From NCBI GenBank assembly GCA_903885595.1, contig CAISJJ010000068.1:10671-74670 (forward strand): 64,000 nucleotides of DNA, given 5' to 3'. Below are positions 17,249 through 25,364 of the stretch, piece by piece. The position numbers were made by a program, and so were the translations under genes. The notes beneath the pieces are model-generated. The model made no database searches, had not been told where the DNA came from, and saw only the letters and a program-made list of their open reading frames with translations. How positions within the stretch are numbered: position 1 is the first letter of the stretch; the number at the start of each line of letters is the position of its first letter. Origin of the DNA: an uncultured Bacteroidales bacterium. GTDB taxonomy: Bacteria; Bacteroidota; Bacteroidia; Bacteroidales; FEN-979.

Positions 17249-18949
17249 ATGAAAAAGAGAGCGATTTTTCTCATTTCTGTCATTTCTGTGTTGTTTTCAG
17301 TTCAAATCGATGCCCAGGTGGCGCCGCAGAAATACTTTGTCGAATTTATGGATAAGGCAAATTCACCCTATTCAGTTTCCCGCCCTAACGAATTTCTATC
17401 GGACCGCGCTATTTCACGACGTCAAAAACAGGGGATAGCCATCGGGGAGGAAGATCTTCCTGTAAACCCTTCCTATGTTAACAGGGTAAGAAATTATGCC
17501 AACTCGATACTAACAAGGTCAAAATGGTTTAACGGTGTAACTATTAGTTGCCTGAATCCTGCGCTGGTTGATTCAATAAGATTGCTTCCATTTGTAAAAA
17601 AAATCGTCAAAAACTTAAATACTTTAAATGATAAAACTAGTTCTATATCAATTGATAAAATTGATATAGAAGAATCTTTACTTGAATACGATATACCTGC
17701 TTGTTTACCTGAAATCATGAGTTACAATAATAACTCAAGCTATAATTACGGACCATCATTTCGTCAGGTGCATATGTTAAATGGTGATAGTCTCCACAGC
17801 ATGGGATACAAGGGGCAGGGTTTGGTCATCGCCATATTGGACGGGGGGTTTTTCAGTGTGGACCAGCTGGTGGCATTTGATAGTTTGTGGTTTAACAACC
17901 AGATACTTGGAACAAAGGACTTTGTCGTCCCGGGTAATAATGTGTTTATCGAAAGTCCCCATGGCATGGAGGTTCTTTCATGTATGGGGGGAAACATCCC
18001 GGGATTGTTGATCGGTACCGCACCCAAAGCAAGTTATTGGTTGCTCAGATCAGAAGATGTTCGTTCTGAGAATCTTATAGAGGAATATAATTGGGTGGCA
18101 GCCGCTGAGTTCGCTGACAGCGTTGGGGCAGATATCATTAATTCATCACTGGGATATACTCAATTTGACGATGTTACAAAAAATCACACCTGTTCTGATA
18201 TGAACGGTAATACTACACCGGTAACGAGGGGAGCAAACCTTGCATTCAACAAAGGAATGATCGTTATAAACAGCGCTGGCAATTCAGGAGGAAGTTCATG
18301 GAAGTGTGTCAGTGCACCTGCAGATGGATTCAATGTGCTGGCTGTTGCCTCGGTTGATTCAAATGGGGTTCGGGCAGGGAGTAGTTCAGTGGGGGAGGCT
18401 ACGAAACGAATTAAGCCTAATGTGGCTGCAATGGGGGTATATACCGTTGTTTCCTCCCCGGTTGGGACAATAATGAGGGCAAGCGGTACTTCGTTCTCTT
18501 CACCGCTTGTTGCCGGGATGATTGCATGTTTGTGGCAGGCAGCTCCCAATTGGAGTAATGAAATAATTAAACGAGCTGTAGAACTGAGCTCCAGCAGGGT
18601 TATGAGTCCGGATTCATTGACAGGATATGGCATTCCGGACTTTGTTAAGGCTATAAAAATTGTATCCGTTTCTGAATCCAGCAATAATAAAACTTTCACT
18701 CTTTACCCGAACCCTTTCTCCAGCCGGTTAACACTGTCTGTATATTCAGCCGGTGAGCAGGAGATCGGAATATCTGTTCGTGATCAGCAGGGAAGGGTAA
18801 TCTATTCCCTACAAAAGCAACGGGTCAGGGCAGGAGAGAATGAAATCTCCCTGGCAAATTTATATGCATTCAGCAATGGCATCTACTTTATAAGCGTAAC
18901 CACAAACGATTTTACATCAACCTCGAAGGTTATAAAAATCAATAATTGA
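17249..18949 (+). CDS. S8 (subtilisin-family) serine peptidase with a T9SS type-A C-terminal sorting domain
   Basis: 566 aa with a signal peptide. The triad contexts are AILDGG, HGMEVLS and GTSFSSPLVAG. The C-terminus FTLYPNPFSSRLTL...GIYFISV is a Por/T9SS CTD. Confidence 0.85.
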   Translation: MKKRAIFLISVISVLFSVQIDAQVAPQKYFVEFMDKANSPYSVSRPNEFLSDRAISRRQKQGIAIGEEDLPVNPSYVNRVRNYANSILTRSKWFNGVTISCLNPALVDSIRLLPFVKKIVKNLNTLNDKTSSISIDKIDIEESLLEYDIPACLPEIMSYNNNSSYNYGPSFRQVHMLNGDSLHSMGYKGQGLVIAILDGGFFSVDQLVAFDSLWFNNQILGTKDFVVPGNNVFIESPHGMEVLSCMGGNIPGLLIGTAPKASYWLLRSEDVRSENLIEEYNWVAAAEFADSVGADIINSSLGYTQFDDVTKNHTCSDMNGNTTPVTRGANLAFNKGMIVINSAGNSGGSSWKCVSAPADGFNVLAVASVDSNGVRAGSSSVGEATKRIKPNVAAMGVYTVVSSPVGTIMRASGTSFSSPLVAGMIACLWQAAPNWSNEIIKRAVELSSSRVMSPDSLTGYGIPDFVKAIKIVSVSESSNNKTFTLYPNPFSSRLTLSVYSAGEQEIGISVRDQQGRVIYSLQKQRVRAGENEISLANLYAFSNGIYFISVTTNDFTSTSKVIKINN

Positions 18950-18958
18950 TAAGAGGTA

Positions 18959-18986
18959 GTTTACAAATGTAATTACAATTGTAAAC
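18959..18986. repeat. 28-nt near-perfect palindrome GTTTACAAATGTAATTACAATTGTAAAC, made of two abutting TTAC-N4-GTAA units
   Basis: 13 of 14 positions are self-complementary. It starts 10 nt after the peptidase stop codon. Confidence 0.85.
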
Positions 18987-19310
18987 AAGCTAATCAGGTC
19001 TACTACAACATTCCAACATCATATTCTAAATAAGATACTTGCGTTGCAAGTGAAAAATAATATTATTGCATTTGCTGACAATTCTCAGCCAATATTATTT
19101 CATTTAAGGAGATGGGTTGATCAATTATTGATTAATAAATACTATTATTGTCGCCATATACAAATGTAAATTACAAAAGTAAACAAATATTATATTATAC
19201 ATTAATTAATTTCAAATAATTTAATATCAATTAATTATTAAGCTTAGTTAAATATTTACTTAATACACAAGACTAATTACATTTGTTTTGTATACATGTG
19301 ATGCTTTTAT

Positions 19311-19318
19311 TACTTTTG
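19311..19318 (+). promoter_or_regulatory. candidate -7 promoter box TACTTTTG for the HTH regulator gene, overlapped by a TTAC-N4-GTAA palindrome (19310-19321)
   Basis: Matches TAnnTTTG and lies 18 nt upstream of ATG 19336. Confidence 0.45.
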
Positions 19319-19335
19319 TAAAAAAGATATAAGTG

Positions 19336-19737
19336 ATGTTAGAGCGAATTTTGGAATTGCTAAGGCAAAGAAATTTAACTCCTTCCCAGTTTGCTGACGA
19401 GATCGGGATTCAGCGTTCCGGAATGTCACATTTAATTTCTGGTCGGAATAAACCAAGTCTGGAATTTGTGATGAAAGTCATGCAGCGTTTTCCTGACGTT
19501 AAAGCCGACTGGTTACTTTATGGCGCTAAAGATCCGGTTACTGATTCGGAGGAGGAGATTGTCATGATGCCTAAAGCGGCAACTGCTACTTTATTTGATG
19601 ATCCTGTACTTCAGGAAAGCAGTCCTGTGAATAAAGCGCCGCGGATTGTCAGAAAAGAAAAACCGGAACGCCGGATAGAAAAAATAGTTGTTTTTTACGA
19701 TGATCGGACATTCAGGGAATATGAACCAGAAAGATGA
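19336..19737 (+). CDS. XRE-family helix-turn-helix transcriptional regulator
   Basis: The N-terminal 65 aa, LERILELLRQRNLTPSQFADEIGIQRSGMSHLISGRNKPSLEFVMKVMQRFPDV..DWLLYG, form a classic HTH_3-like domain. The C-terminal half is low-complexity. The track starts at GTG 19333, and ATG 19336 is equally possible. Confidence 0.8.
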   Translation: MLERILELLRQRNLTPSQFADEIGIQRSGMSHLISGRNKPSLEFVMKVMQRFPDVKADWLLYGAKDPVTDSEEEIVMMPKAATATLFDDPVLQESSPVNKAPRIVRKEKPERRIEKIVVFYDDRTFREYEPER

Positions 19738-20157
19738 TCAAACGCGTTCGGTAAATGAGAAGAAGAAGGATGCTTCACGTTCAGCGCTCTCATCGCTGTC
19801 TGACCCATGTACGGCATTCTCACCAAGGTTTTTCCCATATAAGTTACGGATAGTGCCCTTTTCTGCTTTTGCAGGATCTGTGGCGCCAATAAACTTCCGG
19901 AAGGATTCTACTGCATTTTCCTTTTCAAGAATTGCTGCAACGATTGGACCTGAGGACATAAAGGTGGTAAGTTCCTCATAAAATGGCTTCCCAACGTGCA
20001 TTTCATAAAAATGACCTGCCATGGTTTTGCTTAACCATATTTTCCTGATGGCTTTAATCTTATAACCGCCCTCTTCGATCATTGCAAGGATTTTTCCGGT
20101 ATATCCAGCCTCAAATGCAGATGGCTTGATCATGGTGAAGGTAATGTTGCCTGTCAT
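19738..20157 (-). CDS. ndk: nucleoside-diphosphate kinase
   Basis: 139 aa. Contains TFTMIKP, the active-site NAVHGSDS and GTIR. Its stop abuts the HTH gene stop (convergent, no spacer). Confidence 0.95.
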   Translation of the reverse strand: MTGNITFTMIKPSAFEAGYTGKILAMIEEGGYKIKAIRKIWLSKTMAGHFYEMHVGKPFYEELTTFMSSGPIVAAILEKENAVESFRKFIGATDPAKAEKGTIRNLYGKNLGENAVHGSDSDESAEREASFFFSFTERV

Positions 20158-20180
20158 TTTTCGTGTGTTTAATGAGTGAA

Positions 20181-20188
20181 CAAAATTA
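20181..20188 (-). promoter_or_regulatory. candidate -7 promoter box TAATTTTG (minus strand) for ndk
   Basis: Matches TAnnTTTG and lies 24 nt upstream of the ndk start. Confidence 0.4.
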
Positions 20189-20209
20189 CAATTATATTTT
20201 AAATATCCT

Positions 20210-20217
20210 TAGTTTTG
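20210..20217 (+). promoter_or_regulatory. candidate -7 promoter box TAGTTTTG for nrnA
   Basis: Matches TAnnTTTG and lies 23 nt upstream of the TTG start at 20240. Confidence 0.4.
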
Positions 20218-20239
20218 CAGTTCATAAACGTCATACTAT

Positions 20240-21259
20240 TTGGAAAATACTGATTTTGCAGTCATATCTGAAAAGCTCTCCGTCCCTTTACGGATATTGA
20301 TCACCACGCATACGAATCCCGATGGGGATGCCATCGGATCGAGCCTGGCACTCTCATTTTACCTGAAAAAGAAAAGCCATTCCGTGCAGGTTATGGTACC
20401 GGATCCCTATCCTGATTTTCTTGCCTGGATGCCAGGCCATGAACAAATCCTGGTATTTGCTTCTGACCGTGATGCATGTATTACGGCTATCGAAAATGCT
20501 GATCTCATCATTTCGTCAGATTATAACAATCTGAGTCGCCTCAATGAAGCCGGCCCCCTTGTTCGGAAATCAAAAGCCATTAAGGTGCTAATCGACCATC
20601 ATCTGAATCCTTCCGATGAGTTTGATTATAAAATTTCAATCTCCCGCATCTCCTCCACTTCCGAAATCGTGTACAACTTTATCGCGGCGCATGGAGATGT
20701 TCATTTACTGGACAGGGATATAGCAGAATGTATTTATACAGGGATCATAACCGATACAGGTTCGTTGAGCTACTCATGCAATTACGTTAACACTTATGTG
20801 ATCATTGCAGCGCTGTTTCGTCTGGGTATTGATGGAGAGCACTTGCACAGGCTGATTTATGATACATATTCTGAAAGCAGGTTGAGACTATTGGGATATT
20901 CTATAAGTGATCAGCTGGTTGTTCTCCAGGAATTTCATACAGCCTATATTACGCTCACAAAGGAAGATCTGCAGCGCTTTGATCACCAGATTGGAGATAC
21001 TGAGGGCGTTGTTAATTACGCACTTTCTATAAAGGATATCAATCTTGCTGCATTATTTATGGAAAGGGATGGAATTGTCAAGGTTTCATTTCGTTCAAAA
21101 GGCAATTTCTCTGTTGATACCCTGGCACGGGATTATTTCGGCGGTGGTGGTCACAGGAATGCCGCAGGGGCCAATTGCACCACCACGCTTGCTGAAACTG
21201 TATCCAAATTTGAACAGTTGCTCTCAGACTATCAGGCAAAGCTTAAATCTGTATATTGA
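20240..21259 (+). CDS. nrnA: DHH/DHHA1 phosphoesterase (bifunctional oligoribonuclease / pAp phosphatase NrnA-like)
   Basis: 339 aa. Contains HTNPDGDAIGS, IDHH and the C-terminal GGGGHRNAAG (DHHA1). Confidence 0.85.
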   Translation: MENTDFAVISEKLSVPLRILITTHTNPDGDAIGSSLALSFYLKKKSHSVQVMVPDPYPDFLAWMPGHEQILVFASDRDACITAIENADLIISSDYNNLSRLNEAGPLVRKSKAIKVLIDHHLNPSDEFDYKISISRISSTSEIVYNFIAAHGDVHLLDRDIAECIYTGIITDTGSLSYSCNYVNTYVIIAALFRLGIDGEHLHRLIYDTYSESRLRLLGYSISDQLVVLQEFHTAYITLTKEDLQRFDHQIGDTEGVVNYALSIKDINLAALFMERDGIVKVSFRSKGNFSVDTLARDYFGGGGHRNAAGANCTTTLAETVSKFEQLLSDYQAKLKSVY

Positions 21260-21260
21260 T

Positions 21261-21806
21261 TTGGAAGCAAAAAAAGGTTTTCTTTTACGAACTATCTTCC
21301 TGACGATCATTTCATTGGGATTTTTTTGTATTAATTCCTGTGGTGATCGTCCTGATAAACCTGCTGCAGTCAGTTCTATCACTGTGCTGTATGATACTTT
21401 GATAAACTTTAATCAGCAGGTTGTTCAGCAAGAAAGCCAGGAAATCGATGATTTCATCCGGAGGTACCAATGGAAGATGAAGACGACCCAAACGGGTCTC
21501 AGGTATATGATCTATCAACATGGTGCCGGAAAGCCGGCCAGGAAAGGTGATCTGGTAAGCATCCATTACAGCCTGAGCTTGTTAAATGGAGCTCTGATTT
21601 ACAAGACAGACTCGCTGGTCCCGTTCAGATTTGACATCGGCAAACGAAAAGTTACGCGTGGACTGGAGGAGGGCGTGTTGTTGATGAAACCCGGAGACCG
21701 GGCCAAACTGGTGGTTCCCTCACACCTGGGTTATGGACTGATCGGCGATCAGGCAATGGTTCCGGAGAGGGCAATTTTAGTATATGATGTAATTTTTGTC
21801 AGATAA
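21261..21806 (+). CDS. FKBP-type peptidyl-prolyl cis-trans isomerase lipoprotein
   Basis: The C-terminal FKBP domain contains GD.V..HY.....G......S......F..G...V..G.EEG...M..G......VP..LGYG. A lipobox-like FFCINSCG is present. The track ORF (21045) begins inside nrnA, and TTG 21261 directly after the nrnA stop is the likely start. The start is uncertain. Confidence 0.75.
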   Translation: MEAKKGFLLRTIFLTIISLGFFCINSCGDRPDKPAAVSSITVLYDTLINFNQQVVQQESQEIDDFIRRYQWKMKTTQTGLRYMIYQHGAGKPARKGDLVSIHYSLSLLNGALIYKTDSLVPFRFDIGKRKVTRGLEEGVLLMKPGDRAKLVVPSHLGYGLIGDQAMVPERAILVYDVIFVR

Positions 21807-22047
21807 ATCATCCGAATTAGTAAATTTACATCCGCAACAACAAGGATTATTAATTGTTCAAAAAAAAGTGAAAAAATAAATATTTACGCTGTGAAGACCA
21901 AGGCTGGACTTTATTATCTTGAGCAGGTCAAAAGGATGGACGGTAAAATATGGTTCTATCGAATTTAAAGGTATTGCAATGCTTTGTTAATGCAGGTATT
22001 GTAACATTTATGTTGTTTATTCAATTATTATTAATTAAAAGTTTAAA

Positions 22048-23355
22048 ATGCAAAGTATGAAAAAAGTGTTTGTGAATCCGTTGGTCATTGTGATGCTGGT
22101 TGCTTTGACTATGTTGGCTTGTTCATCAAAGTATGCCGGTTATGATAAAACAGAATCGGGATTATATTACAAGTTATTTGAAGTTAGTAAAGATACTGTG
22201 AAAGCAAGAGTTGGAGATTGGGTTTCGATGACCATGCGTTATGCATATAAAGATTCCATTCTTTTTGACAGCAAAGCAGCGATGGGAAATCCCGTGCGCT
22301 TCCAGTTGCCCCCCTCTGAGTTTAAAGGTGATATTTATGAAGGAATTCAAATGCTGCACCCGGGCGATAGTGCTGATTTTATTGTGAATGCTGATTCACT
22401 TTTTATCAAAACTTTCCGCCAGCCTACCCGTCCTGCGTTCATTGACAGCAACAGTGTGATCCATTTTTACATAACATTACTTACTGTTGATTCTCCAATA
22501 TCGATGATGAAGAAAGAGGAAGATGCACTGAAGAAATATATTGAAGAAAAGAAAATCACTATTGAGCCTTCCCCAACAGGTTTGTATTTTCTTGAAACCG
22601 TTGTGGGCAAAGGGGCGAAGATCGATTCCGGATCCTGGGTAAAAGCCAATTTCAAAGTATCACTCATTGATGGAAAACAGATCTTTTCAACCCTGGATCG
22701 TGGAGAACCCATGTCGTTTGAATATGGGAAGCGCTTTGATACGCCTGGATTTGAAGAAGGTGTTGGAAAAATGTTGAAAGGTGGCAAAGCCACGCTTATT
22801 GTTCCGTCAAAAATTGCTTTTGGTGAGATGGGCAGGGGAGCCATGGTACCGCCCTATTCAACTGTCATTTATGATCTGGAGGTGGTTGATGTTCAAACAA
22901 AAGCAGAACATGATAAACAGGTGGCAGAAGATAAAAAAAAAGAACAGTTGAAAGTCGAAACAAATAAGAAACAAGAAGGAGCCCTTATGCAGAAGTATCT
23001 GAAGGAAAAAAACATCAACGCCAAACCGACGGCAAGTGGTTTAATTTATGTTGAGAATGTCAAGGGAACAGGCGCAAAGGCAGCAGCCGGCAAAAAAGTA
23101 AAAGTTCATTACACCGGAACCCTGCTCAATGGAACTAAATTTGACTCTTCGCGCGACCGCAATGAGCCATTTGAATTTACCCTTGGCCAGGGCCAGGTCA
23201 TCAAAGGCTGGGATGAAGGTATCGCATTGATGAACGTTGGTGGAAAAGCGACACTTGTTATTCCTTCGACCATTGCGTATGGTGACCGTGATATGGGAAC
23301 GATTCCCCCATTTTCAACCCTCGTTTTCGATGTTGAATTACTCGATGTGAAATAA
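22048..23355 (+). CDS. multi-domain FKBP-type peptidyl-prolyl isomerase lipoprotein
   Basis: 435 aa with the signal/lipobox LTMLACSS. It has three FKBP-like modules. The last is canonical: VKVHYTGTLLNGTKFDSS...PFEFTLGQGQVIKGWDEG...M..GGKA.LVIPS..AYG. Confidence 0.85.
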   Translation: MQSMKKVFVNPLVIVMLVALTMLACSSKYAGYDKTESGLYYKLFEVSKDTVKARVGDWVSMTMRYAYKDSILFDSKAAMGNPVRFQLPPSEFKGDIYEGIQMLHPGDSADFIVNADSLFIKTFRQPTRPAFIDSNSVIHFYITLLTVDSPISMMKKEEDALKKYIEEKKITIEPSPTGLYFLETVVGKGAKIDSGSWVKANFKVSLIDGKQIFSTLDRGEPMSFEYGKRFDTPGFEEGVGKMLKGGKATLIVPSKIAFGEMGRGAMVPPYSTVIYDLEVVDVQTKAEHDKQVAEDKKKEQLKVETNKKQEGALMQKYLKEKNINAKPTASGLIYVENVKGTGAKAAAGKKVKVHYTGTLLNGTKFDSSRDRNEPFEFTLGQGQVIKGWDEGIALMNVGGKATLVIPSTIAYGDRDMGTIPPFSTLVFDVELLDVK

Positions 23356-23373
23356 ATCTAAAACTCTGAACAA

Positions 23374-24432
23374 TTGAAAAGCCTGATTTCATTTGTTGTC
23401 ATATGTATTTTAACTGCTTCATCCCCTGTGGTTGCGCTGATCATTGACTTTTCTGCAACACGGGTCTGCTACGGGAACATAACAACCTTAATTGACAGAT
23501 CTGTTTTGTCGACGGGTGATTCTGTGCAGTTCCGTACATGGGACCTTAATGGTGACGGATATTTCGGTGATGAAGGATTTACCAACGACACCGTTTTCAA
23601 GGAATTCCTGAGCCCTGGCTTACATCAGGTTGGTTTGAGAATTATCACATACAATGGGGAGGCAAAAGCAATTTATAAAACCGTCTATGTCGATTATATA
23701 AACGTTGCCTTTTCATTCCTGAATGGATGTGTAAACAAACCCATTCAGTTTACCGATCAATCAACCATTGTCGGCGATGAAACTGAGTATTCCTACCTCT
23801 GGGATTTCGGTGATGGAAGCCAGTTGGTTTCGGGACGTAAACCGATTCATACGTATACAATATCAGGTAGTTACAGTGTGATATTACAGGTTATCTCTCC
23901 CGGACAATGTATCAGTTCGTTGCCAAAGACCATTAACATCGGCGATGAGGTTACTGTTGACCTGCGGTTCAACGGCGATACTATTTTTGTCCAGGGAGGA
24001 AGCGTGACTGCTTACGTTCCTCCGGGAATTTATGACAGGGTTCTTTGGTCAACAGGTGAAACAACTGAATCTATTATCGTTTCAAAAGCCGGAACTTACT
24101 GGGTGAGAGTTTTTGTCGGGGATTGTTTCTCCGACAAAAGCTTTCATATCCAGGTCGATAAATATGGTTCAACGCCTGTTATTATGACGCTCTTCACCCC
24201 TAATGGAGACGGAATGAATGATAAATGGGAGATTCTGAACCTTGCAAAAGTCGGTCCGTGCGATGTGAATGTTTACAGCCGGGGGGGGGAACTGGTGTTG
24301 TCAAATCCGGTTTATGATAATGGATGGGATGGCACTTACAAAGGGAAGGAATTGGCAAATGATACCTATTATTATTTTGTCCGTTGTTTCGATAATATCT
24401 TATTACAGGGAACAGTAAACATTCTGAAATGA
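23374..24432 (+). CDS. PKD-domain surface protein with a T9SS type-B (gliding-motility-associated) C-terminal sorting domain
   Basis: 352 aa with a signal peptide. The PKD-like segment is YLWDFGDGS....KPIHTY...G.Y.V.L.V. The C-terminus FTPNGDGMNDKWEI......V.VYSR.G..V......WDG.YKG..L...TYYY is the type-B CTD signature. The start codon is TTG. Confidence 0.8.
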   Translation: MKSLISFVVICILTASSPVVALIIDFSATRVCYGNITTLIDRSVLSTGDSVQFRTWDLNGDGYFGDEGFTNDTVFKEFLSPGLHQVGLRIITYNGEAKAIYKTVYVDYINVAFSFLNGCVNKPIQFTDQSTIVGDETEYSYLWDFGDGSQLVSGRKPIHTYTISGSYSVILQVISPGQCISSLPKTINIGDEVTVDLRFNGDTIFVQGGSVTAYVPPGIYDRVLWSTGETTESIIVSKAGTYWVRVFVGDCFSDKSFHIQVDKYGSTPVIMTLFTPNGDGMNDKWEILNLAKVGPCDVNVYSRGGELVLSNPVYDNGWDGTYKGKELANDTYYYFVRCFDNILLQGTVNILK

Positions 24433-25364
24433 GAAATACCATATTCAGTTTATTCATCTTAATTGTTTTTAGCACGGTAATTCAGGCTCAGCAACTTCCT
24501 ATCTTTGATAATTACCTCCTGAACCCCGTATCAATTTCTCCTGCTTTTTCAGGAAAAAATTATGCTTTACAGGCATTGTTAACACATCGGAATGAAGCAC
24601 TTAAGATCGATGGTTCACCTGTTATTGGAAATATTAATGTCGATGCCCGGATTTTAAAAACCATGGGTGTTGGTGGGAGCATCATGCTCAATAAAGCAGG
24701 AATTTACAGAAATTTTTCAGCCAATCTGAACTATGCATACCACCTGCAATTAGCCAAGCTGCATTTTCTCAGCTTTGGCATCAGCGCTGCCATATATCAA
24801 AATTCGATCGATTTAACTTCTGTTGTAGTAAATGATCCGAATGATCCCATGCTGGTTAATCACGATAAAATATCTGAATCTTATTTCAATGTGGGAGCAA
24901 GTCTGCTTTATAATTATGAGGATTTTAACATCAGCATCTCCATTCCCCTTCTGTTCAACAACAGGTCATTTTATGAGAACTCACCCTATCAGTATGTGCT
25001 TACCATGAACCGCAATTTTCTTCTGTACTCAAACTACACACTTGGATTAGGGGAAGACTGGAAATTAAAATTCGATCTGTTGTTCAGATATGCGCAGCAG
25101 ATTCCCTGGACTATTGATGTTAGCACGATGGTTAAGTTCCAGGACTCTTACTGGCTTGGGGTATTTTACAGGAAACCCAATATTATTGGTATTACTGCCG
25201 GTGTAGCAATCATCAACAGCATTATAATAAATTTCAATTATGAATTCTTAGGTTCTTCAATGATGGGGAAAAGTGGCGGAAGCTTTGAAGTGACAGCGGG
25301 TTACCGGCTTGGAGGACCATCTAAACCTAAAAAGCCCTTGCTAATAAAAGACTATGCAAGATAA
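24429..25364 (+). CDS. PorP/SprF-family T9SS outer-membrane protein
   Basis: 311 aa with a signal peptide ending VIQAQQ. The N-terminus QQLPIFDNYLLNPVSISPAFSG and the overall beta-barrel-like composition are typical of PorP/SprF. It overlaps the upstream gene by ATGA. Confidence 0.8.
   Translation: MRNTIFSLFILIVFSTVIQAQQLPIFDNYLLNPVSISPAFSGKNYALQALLTHRNEALKIDGSPVIGNINVDARILKTMGVGGSIMLNKAGIYRNFSANLNYAYHLQLAKLHFLSFGISAAIYQNSIDLTSVVVNDPNDPMLVNHDKISESYFNVGASLLYNYEDFNISISIPLLFNNRSFYENSPYQYVLTMNRNFLLYSNYTLGLGEDWKLKFDLLFRYAQQIPWTIDVSTMVKFQDSYWLGVFYRKPNIIGITAGVAIINSIIINFNYEFLGSSMMGKSGGSFEVTAGYRLGGPSKPKKPLLIKDYAR

Noticed and set aside
18959-18986. Interpretation of the 28-nt palindrome purely as the Rho-independent terminator of the S8 peptidase gene
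   Set aside because: The stem has only 2 G:C among its 13 pairs, essentially no loop and no following T-run. The same half-site recurs five more times further downstream, so an operator role seems more likely. Terminator function cannot be fully excluded.
21952-21964. tRNA-like T-arm resemblance (GGTTCTATCGAAT) in the 21807-22047 spacer
   Set aside because: No acceptor stem, anticodon arm or D-arm can be drawn around it. It deviates from GGTTCGAATCC. It was judged a chance match.
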